Below, one piece after another: positions 57,980 to 63,966 of a DNA stretch of 63,966 bases. Source of the DNA: Thermoproteota archaeon (GTDB lineage Archaea > Korarchaeota > Korarchaeia > Korarchaeales > Korarchaeaceae); assembly GCA_027491435.1 (NCBI GenBank), contig JAOZFG010000018.1, positions 1 to 63,966 of the forward strand, given 5' to 3'. Each line of letters starts with the position of its first letter. Position 1 is the first letter of the stretch. The position numbers were made by a program, and so were the translations under genes. The notes beneath the pieces are model-generated. The model did no database searches and had not been told where the DNA came from. It saw only the letters and a list, made by a program, of their open reading frames with translations.

Positions 57980-59143
57980 CTATCCCCTCGCATGTATTTC
58001 CACTATATCACAGTCGTCCAAGACGAAATCTGGGCCGACCTTCATGGGGGAGTAGGGTAGCCTCTTAGACCATATCTTAGCATACCTGAACCCCTCTTTA
58101 AGGGATTCGTGAATCACGCCGGCCAGGTCCAGGGTGGTGGAGCCCCTAGGGAGTATCACAGCCCTCTCGGCAGGCTCCTTCTCCTTAACAGCCTTGGTGA
58201 ACACCCTTATCAACCCCAAAGCGTCCAAGATTTTCTTACCTAACCAGTCCTTGTCGAGCTTCTTAAAGGGGACCCCCAGTACCGCTACGGCCTTGTCCTT
58301 AAGGGCCCTCTCTATGAGCCCGAGGGGCTTGTCGTCTAGGTCGGACCTGGTAACGAACACCAAAAAGGGCTTATATTTTTTCTCCCCGAATACTGCTTCC
58401 TCCACGTCCTCGAGGGTTACCCTTCCCTCAATTTCAACCCAGGCCCTCTTTATCCCGTAAGAGCTGAGTATCCTCTTAACGTCATCCTCAGTTCCGTCCA
58501 ATATCCTTCCTTTGTTGGTGACTATGATTGCAGGAGCCGCCTTGCTTCTCTTTATCCTCACGTAACCCTCAGGCTTACCGAAGACAATGCCTCTCTCCCT
58601 CAACATTTTTGCCAGCTCCTTCAACTGGTCTATCGGTCTCTCTAGGGCGTTGACAACTAAACCCAACACGTCGGCATTGCTGGCCAAAGCCATGGCTATG
58701 CCAGTAGTCCCGCCAACTCCACCAGGAACTAATGGAGGGGCCTCTACTACCTGAATCTGAGTGCCCCTAAATTCCATCATCCCTTCCACCGGCCTTATGG
58801 TGGAAAATGGATTTGGAGAGATCTCAACCCTGGCATTGGTTAAGGAGGAAAGCACGGTACTCCTCCCAGAGTTGGTGAAACCTACTAGAACGAGTTGAGC
58901 GGCCCCCCTCTTCTCTACCATTAAGGAAGGCCTCTTCCCCCTCTTGGCACTCTTTCTCTTCTCTATCTGCTCCCTGAGCTCTGCCATCCTCCTCCTTATG
59001 AACTTCTCCATCTTTTCTGTTCCTTTGTGCTTAGGCATCAAAGCGTAGAACTCCTCCAGCTTCTTCAGCTTCTCCTCTGGAGTTTTAGCTCTAGTGTACT
59101 CTTCCCACTTAGCTAACGCCTGAGGGGGAAGGTTGGTAGGCAC
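57980..59143 (-). CDS. OBG/DRG-family GTPase with TGS domain (degenerate G motifs)
   Basis: MPTNLP, PKHKGTE, PFST, C-terminal IH...FRYAKIW...L.D.DIVEIH. Confidence 0.88.
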   Translation of the reverse strand: MPTNLPPQALAKWEEYTRAKTPEEKLKKLEEFYALMPKHKGTEKMEKFIRRRMAELREQIEKRKSAKRGKRPSLMVEKRGAAQLVLVGFTNSGRSTVLSSLTNARVEISPNPFSTIRPVEGMMEFRGTQIQVVEAPPLVPGGVGGTTGIAMALASNADVLGLVVNALERPIDQLKELAKMLRERGIVFGKPEGYVRIKRSKAAPAIIVTNKGRILDGTEDDVKRILSSYGIKRAWVEIEGRVTLEDVEEAVFGEKKYKPFLVFVTRSDLDDKPLGLIERALKDKAVAVLGVPFKKLDKDWLGKKILDALGLIRVFTKAVKEKEPAERAVILPRGSTTLDLAGVIHESLKEGFRYAKIWSKRLPYSPMKVGPDFVLDDCDIVEIHARG

Positions 59144-59150
59144 CTCACAC

Positions 59151-59720
59151 CTACCTCCTCTTCTTTCTCTTTATCTCTATAGCCTCCCCTAAAGTTATGT
59201 GCCTAGTGGGCACGTTAACGGTAGGGCCAGAGATCTCCATCTCAGCCTCCTTGAACCTCGCTGGATTTCTTTCAATTATCTTAACCTCCAGGAGCTTCTC
59301 TATTTCCCTAGCCACCTCAGGAGGAGGATAAACCTTGCCGGCCTCTATATTCCTGAGGAGCGACGCCTTTATGTTCAGAGCCCCTGCTACTTGCTCGACG
59401 GTAAGGCCAAGGGCTTCCCTGGCCTCTCTTATTATGCTTCCATAGTTCTCAATGAAGTCTATGTCCTCATCCCTTTTGACCCTCCTCGCCGGCTTTGGCA
59501 CGCCCTTAGGGGGCTTCCTGGGAGGTTCCCTCCTAAGCGGGGCCTCAACCTTCCTATCCTCTATTTTCACTTTTCTCTCTTCTTGCTTCCTCCTAAGAGT
59601 CCTGGCACACCTCGGGCACACTTTGGCTTTATACCCTTCAATTTCAACTATAACAGGGGTTCCAAAGAACGTTCCACCGCATATCTCACATATGTAGACT
59701 TCCTGACTCATGCCGCTCAC
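59151..59720 (-). CDS. mbf1: Multiprotein bridging factor aMBF1
   Basis: CEICG...VCPRC Zn ribbon; IREARE..GLT HTH; TLG. Confidence 0.92.
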   Translation of the reverse strand: MSGMSQEVYICEICGGTFFGTPVIVEIEGYKAKVCPRCARTLRRKQEERKVKIEDRKVEAPLRREPPRKPPKGVPKPARRVKRDEDIDFIENYGSIIREAREALGLTVEQVAGALNIKASLLRNIEAGKVYPPPEVAREIEKLLEVKIIERNPARFKEAEMEISGPTVNVPTRHITLGEAIEIKRKKRR

Positions 59721-59804
59721 CTTAATAGTACGCCCACAATAGTAAACTTTACTGGACCTCCTTGGGACCAGTAAGCTTTACTTATATTGGGTCACTGAAA
59801 CCCT

Positions 59805-60152
59805 ATGAGGTTGAGGCCAAAGGATGTTCAGAGGATGCTCAGAAGCATGGGCGTCAAACTTAAAGAGCTGGATGCCTCGGAGGTTTTAATAACTCTTAGG
59901 GACGGCTCTAAAATAAGGATAGTTGACCCCCAAGTGATGGTTACCCAAGTCGGGGCCCAAGAGGTATATCAGGTTACGGGCAAGGTTGAGTTAATAGAGG
60001 CCGAGCAAGAGGTTTACACTCCCTCAGAGGAAGACATAGAGCTTGTGGCCAGCCAAGCTGGAGTAGATAAGGAGAGAGCAAAAAGAGCCCTGATAGAGAC
60101 AAAGGGGGACTTAGCTGAGGCGATAATGAGGTTGATGGAGGAGGGAGCTTGA
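59805..60152 (+). CDS. nac: Nascent polypeptide-associated complex protein
   Basis: YQVTG; UBA-like EDIELVASQAGV...GDLAEAIM. Confidence 0.93.
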   Translation: MRLRPKDVQRMLRSMGVKLKELDASEVLITLRDGSKIRIVDPQVMVTQVGAQEVYQVTGKVELIEAEQEVYTPSEEDIELVASQAGVDKERAKRALIETKGDLAEAIMRLMEEGA

Positions 60153-60679
60153 GCCTAAGGAGACTCTGGGCAGTCTGGAGGATGCCTTACATAAAATTGC
60201 TTTCTACACAACAGGAGAAGGAGTGCATATTCTGCACTCTGCCACAGAGCGAGGACATGAGGAAGGCGCTAATCCTCTACAAGACTTCAAAGGCGTTCAT
60301 AATCATGAACAAGTACCCATACAATCCTGGTCACCTGATGGTGGCCCCCCTGAGGCACGTCGCCCATATGGACGAGCTATCCGATGAGGAGGCGAAGCAC
60401 ATATGGTACCTATTGAAACTAGCCCTCAAGACCTTGAAGAGGGCGATGAGCCCCGAAGGTTTTAACGTTGGAGCTAACTTAGGTAAGGCGGCTGGGGCTG
60501 GCTTTGAAGGTCACCTGCACATACACATAGTTCCCAGGTGGAATGGCGATACTAACTTCATGCCCGTTATAAGCAACACTAAAGTGGTTAGCGACGCGTT
60601 ACACAACACCTATGATGAGCTTAAGAAGGTCCTCGATCAAGTATTAAAGGAGGAGCCTGATTTGGTGCCCGCGGATTAG
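60149..60679 (+). CDS. HIT family hydrolase (FHIT/Ap4A-like)
   Basis: CIFC, NKYPYNPGH, HLHIHIVPRW.GD.NF. Confidence 0.93.
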   Translation: MSLRRLWAVWRMPYIKLLSTQQEKECIFCTLPQSEDMRKALILYKTSKAFIIMNKYPYNPGHLMVAPLRHVAHMDELSDEEAKHIWYLLKLALKTLKRAMSPEGFNVGANLGKAAGAGFEGHLHIHIVPRWNGDTNFMPVISNTKVVSDALHNTYDELKKVLDQVLKEEPDLVPAD

Positions 60680-60726
60680 CATCATTCCCTCATAACAGTT
60701 TTATATTCCCCATCGGCAGGTTAGAG

Positions 60727-60800
60727 GGGGCCGTGGTCTAGCTTGGTAGGATGCCGGCCTCGGGAGCCGGAGGTCCCGGGTTCAAATCCCGGCGGCCCCA
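60727..60800 (+). tRNA. tRNA-Pro(CGG)
   Basis: GGGGCCG acceptor; CCGGC-CT-CGG-GA-GCCGG; GGTTCAAATCC. Confidence 0.95.
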
Positions 60801-60841
60801 CATCAAAAAACTTAAGTGATTTACCTACTTGTATAAAATAG

Positions 60842-60915
60842 AGCCCCGGGCGGGATTCGAACCCGCGACCTGCCGCTTACGAGGCGGCCGCTCTGACCAG
60901 CTGAGCTACCGGGGC
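60842..60915 (-). tRNA. tRNA-Thr(CGT)
   Basis: Reverse complement GCCCCGGTAGCTCAG...CT-CGT-AA...GGTTCGAATCC...CCGGGGCT. Confidence 0.95.
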
Positions 60916-60971
60916 TGAGTATGGGTAACCAAATGGGACTAATAAATTTTGCTAGTGAAGGTGTGGGCGTC

Positions 60972-61517
60972 ATGGACGTCGAAGACCTCTTACTCGTGAG
61001 CGCCTTGGCAGTGGTGGCTCAGGATCTATCTTTAGCCAGGAGAATGTTGAAGTTCTCTAACTCCTACGTCTTCGAGGAGGGAGAGCTTATGGAAAACTTG
61101 AAGCTCCCAGCAGCTGATCTGAGGAGGCTCATATACAAAATGCAGGATTACAATCTAGTTTCACAGATAGCCGTCAAGGAGGGGGATGAAGGGGTTAAAA
61201 GGGTCTACTGGCGGTTGAACAAAGAGACGGCTACTGTATTCTTGATAAAGAAGTTGGAAGAGTTGAAGTCTATAATAGAGAGGAGAAGGCAGGAGGAGGA
61301 GGTGAACGAGTACTACGTTTGTGCGGCGGATCCAACTCACATAAGGTTGAGTTTTGATGAAGCTGTCTCCAAGTTGAGCGAGGAGGGCATGACCTGCCCA
61401 GTCTGCGGCGCCATGTTAGAGCCCCAGCCCAGGGACAAGGTGTTAAAAATACTTGATGAACTGGCCGAAGTCGTGGAGGAGGCGTTGAACGTCCTAAAGG
61501 GGTTAGAACTTGCCTAG
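60972..61517 (+). CDS. tfe: Transcription factor E (TFE alpha)
   Basis: Winged helix (EL...L...LRRLIY.M...LV...YW) plus Zn ribbon YYVC...H...FDEA...CPVCG..L; neighbour of DUF2110. Confidence 0.82.
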   Translation: MDVEDLLLVSALAVVAQDLSLARRMLKFSNSYVFEEGELMENLKLPAADLRRLIYKMQDYNLVSQIAVKEGDEGVKRVYWRLNKETATVFLIKKLEELKSIIERRRQEEEVNEYYVCAADPTHIRLSFDEAVSKLSEEGMTCPVCGAMLEPQPRDKVLKILDELAEVVEEALNVLKGLELA

Positions 61518-62265
61518 GGAGTTTATAATACAGGAAAGGACGCTGGGAAAAGGTGTCTCAGTTCTAGAACACCTTGGGTGGGAGATACTAGAGAAGCTCG
61601 AGGGCCTAGAGGTTCCAGAGCTCGACTTGGACGAAGAGAGGGGATGGGTTAAAGTCAGGGTGGCCGGCCCTGACGAGGAAGCTGCCGAAAATTTACTGAT
61701 TAGGCTCTACGGAAGGGTTCCAAGCATTCACGAGGTTAAGGAGGGGGACGAGTTCAGGGGCTACTTGGTGGACGTGGGCAAGGTGGGGTATGGACTCTAC
61801 TTCAAATCCTTCCTGGAGGACAAGGATGCCCTTTACCCGCTTTATCAAATGAGGAAACAGCTGGTAGACGGAAAGAAGGTCCCTACCAGGGCCATAGCTA
61901 GGGCATATGGCTTGATGGAAGGTTTGGCCCTACAGCTCAGGGTGATCAAGGTGGAGCCCGAAGGGGTGTCCGTGGAAATATCGCCAAGGCAGCTTGGGCT
62001 TATAAAGAGCATAGTCTACCAAGAACTGGAAGCCCTCTTCGTCGTTGGGGCTACCCCCAAGGAGTTAGAAAGGGCCTTACTGAGGACAGGCCACAAGAGG
62101 GATGTGAGGGTTAGGAGGTTGTCCTTCCTCTCCCACATGTTGATCTGTAAGAGGGGGACTCAGGCCAAGGGCCTGATTCCCAGGCTGGGCCCCCACCTGC
62201 CTGGAGCCGTGTTCTCCACATTCATCTGGTCTAAGGTGAGGGATCTCTACAAAGCAAATTTTTAA
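61510..62265 (+). CDS. DUF2110 family protein
   Basis: G.DEEAA.NLL...YG, GKVGYGLY, GH.RD, CKRGT.A.G.I...G. Confidence 0.85.
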   Translation: MPREFIIQERTLGKGVSVLEHLGWEILEKLEGLEVPELDLDEERGWVKVRVAGPDEEAAENLLIRLYGRVPSIHEVKEGDEFRGYLVDVGKVGYGLYFKSFLEDKDALYPLYQMRKQLVDGKKVPTRAIARAYGLMEGLALQLRVIKVEPEGVSVEISPRQLGLIKSIVYQELEALFVVGATPKELERALLRTGHKRDVRVRRLSFLSHMLICKRGTQAKGLIPRLGPHLPGAVFSTFIWSKVRDLYKANF

Positions 62266-62293
62266 AAACCTGACATGTCCTATTAGAAGACGG

Positions 62294-62395
62294 GCCGGGG
62301 TGCCCTAGCCTGGTAGGGGGCTGGCCTGCTAAGCCCTGCGTGGAAAGCCAGTGGCCCATCGGGCCGCGAGGGTTCAAATCCCTCCCCCGGCGCCA
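62294..62395 (+). tRNA. tRNA-Ser(GCT) with a 14-nt intron (62332-62345) at position 37/38; CCA encoded
   Basis: CTGGC-CT-GCT-A-[AGCCCTGCGTGGAA]-A-GCCAG; the intron forms a bulge-helix-bulge. Confidence 0.92.
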
Positions 62396-62400
62396 CTCAA

Positions 62401-62476
62401 GGGCCGGTGGTCTAGCGGCTATGACGCCGCCCTTACGAGGCGGAGGTCGGGGGTTCGAGTCCCCCCCGGCCCACCA
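62401..62476 (+). tRNA. tRNA-Val(TAC), CCA encoded
   Basis: GGGCCGG acceptor; CCGCC-CT-TAC-GA-GGCGG; 5 nt downstream of tRNA-Ser. Confidence 0.95.
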
Positions 62477-62490
62477 AGGGAGGCCTAATT

Positions 62491-63915
62491 TTGATCGAGG
62501 AGAGAGGAGGGTTTTACGACAGGGATCCTAGGCATTACGACTTAAGGGTGGCCGTGCTCTATCCCTCTCCATATCTGGTATCAGTTAACTCGCTGGGCCA
62601 TCAGCTGCTTTACTACTCTCTAAACGAGATAGAGGGGGTTATGGCCGAGAGGTTCGTGCTAGACTTCAAAGGATCCGTTGAGTCTGGGAGGGACCTAAAC
62701 GAGTTCGATGTGGCAGTGGCGACCCTGCACTTTGAAGGTCAGTACCCGCTACTTCTCAAGATGATAGAGGGATTTAAAGGTCAGGTGATAGTCGGCGGCC
62801 CGGCTGTGACGGCGAATCCCATACCAATAATGGGCTCAGTTGACGCGGTGGGAGTAGGTGACAGCGAAGAAATAATACCCAAGGTGATTTCATCAATGAC
62901 GGAGGGAGAGCTGAGCTCCCCTGGCTTGATAAACTCAAGGGATCCATCTCCCACCGAGCTGATCAGGGCTAAGAAGCTGAAAGTTTTGAAGAGGCAGATA
63001 CTAGTTACTAAATCCGGAAAACCGCTAAATCCTTTTTTGATCGAGGTATCTAGAGGCTGCAATTGGGCCTGTAAGTTCTGCCTGATTGGCTGGCACTGGC
63101 ACCCGTTGCAGGAGGCCGACCCATGGGAATTAAAGGAGGCCCTGTACTCAGCTAAGGATCAAGGCTTCAAGGAGGTGTACGTGATAGGGAGCGACATAAT
63201 GGAAGCCAAATCGCTCAAGAAAGTCCTGGAACTTGTAAGAGAACTGGACATGAAGGCCTCTGTGCCATCCCTAAGGGCTGACCTAATAGATGAGGACTTC
63301 TTGGATCTGTTGATTAGCGTCGGTGAAAAGAGGGTCACGGTGGCCCCTGAAACTGGCAGCTCTCGAATGAAAATTCTCATTAGTAAGCCCATAGACAACG
63401 ACGACATATTATGGCTGGCGGAGGCGGTTAAAGACAAGGGATTCAGCTCCATGAAGCTCTACTTCATGGTGGGCCTCCCTAATGAAAGGGATGAAGACGT
63501 TCTAGAGTCAGCCAAGCTTGCTTCCAAGGTAAACGAGTTAATTAAGACTAAGGTTACGGTGAGCATATTCGTACCAAAGGCGGGAACCCCATTCGAGCTA
63601 GAGCCCTTGGCAAGGCCGGAGGTCGTGGCTAGGAGGGGGAAGATCTTCGAGAAGGAGTTCAGGGGTAAGATAAACCTAATGCACCCAGGAAGGGCATACC
63701 TACAGACAGTCTTCTCCGTCGGCTCGTGGGAAATTGCTAACCTTCTCAAGAGGGCTTATAAGAGGCCCTACAATAAGGGAGCCTATCAAAAGGAGGCAAA
63801 GAAGCTGGGGATAAATCTAGATAGTCTAGTTTACGAGAAGAGGGAGGAGGCCCCTTGGAGGGATCTGGTATTGGTCAGTCCCAGTCAAAGGGTTAGAAGA
63901 GAAATTAATTTTTAA
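62491..63915 (+). CDS. Radical SAM protein (COG1032-like, B12-binding-like N-domain)
   Basis: IVGGP..TANP, IEVSRGCNWACKFC, APETGS, KLYFMVGLP. Confidence 0.88.
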   Translation: MIEERGGFYDRDPRHYDLRVAVLYPSPYLVSVNSLGHQLLYYSLNEIEGVMAERFVLDFKGSVESGRDLNEFDVAVATLHFEGQYPLLLKMIEGFKGQVIVGGPAVTANPIPIMGSVDAVGVGDSEEIIPKVISSMTEGELSSPGLINSRDPSPTELIRAKKLKVLKRQILVTKSGKPLNPFLIEVSRGCNWACKFCLIGWHWHPLQEADPWELKEALYSAKDQGFKEVYVIGSDIMEAKSLKKVLELVRELDMKASVPSLRADLIDEDFLDLLISVGEKRVTVAPETGSSRMKILISKPIDNDDILWLAEAVKDKGFSSMKLYFMVGLPNERDEDVLESAKLASKVNELIKTKVTVSIFVPKAGTPFELEPLARPEVVARRGKIFEKEFRGKINLMHPGRAYLQTVFSVGSWEIANLLKRAYKRPYNKGAYQKEAKKLGINLDSLVYEKREEAPWRDLVLVSPSQRVRREINF

Positions 63916-63947
63916 GGAACGTGTGGAAATAAGCTGGGGTTAAGCGT

Positions 63948-63966
63948 ATGCCAACGTACGTATTCC
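63948..63966 (+). CDS. 5' start of the next gene (MPTYVF..., truncated by the window edge)
   Basis: ATG after a GGGGT SD-like motif. Confidence 0.35.

Noticed and set aside
62340-62531. 63-aa ORF (and similarly 33026..33490 on the minus strand)
   Set aside because: They overlap tRNA genes and are spurious

Overview
Archaeal chromosomal DNA from a probable (hyper)thermophile. TACK-like gene content and order suggest Korarchaeia (inference). The window is mostly core genome: rpl12-alaS, an spc/alpha-type ribosomal protein superoperon from rpl14 to rps9 with secY, cbf5 and rpoD, eIF5A-srp54-pus10-rpl21e-rpoF, pheST, moaB/moeA x2, tatC/tatA, SRP (7S) RNA, tfe, and seven tRNA genes, one with a 14-nt BHB intron. 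I saw no rRNA, CRISPR array, transposase or integrase. The least explained part is a cell-envelope locus at the left end (1-5642). It holds the tail of a codon-biased gene, a membrane-anchored protein combining an alpha/alpha-barrel with Ig-like domains, a small S-layer-like protein and a second Ig-repeat protein. Other points of note: a near-consensus DtxR/IdeR operator ahead of feoAB; structured RNA elements inside the r-protein operon; two genes that appear to need AUA (or other non-standard) initiation; a frameshifted Cys-rich gene; a type II pantothenate kinase plus ECF-S salvage operon; a PINA ATPase lacking its KH domain; and a DRG-like GTPase with degenerate G motifs. Family assignments come from recognising motifs by eye, not from database searches.
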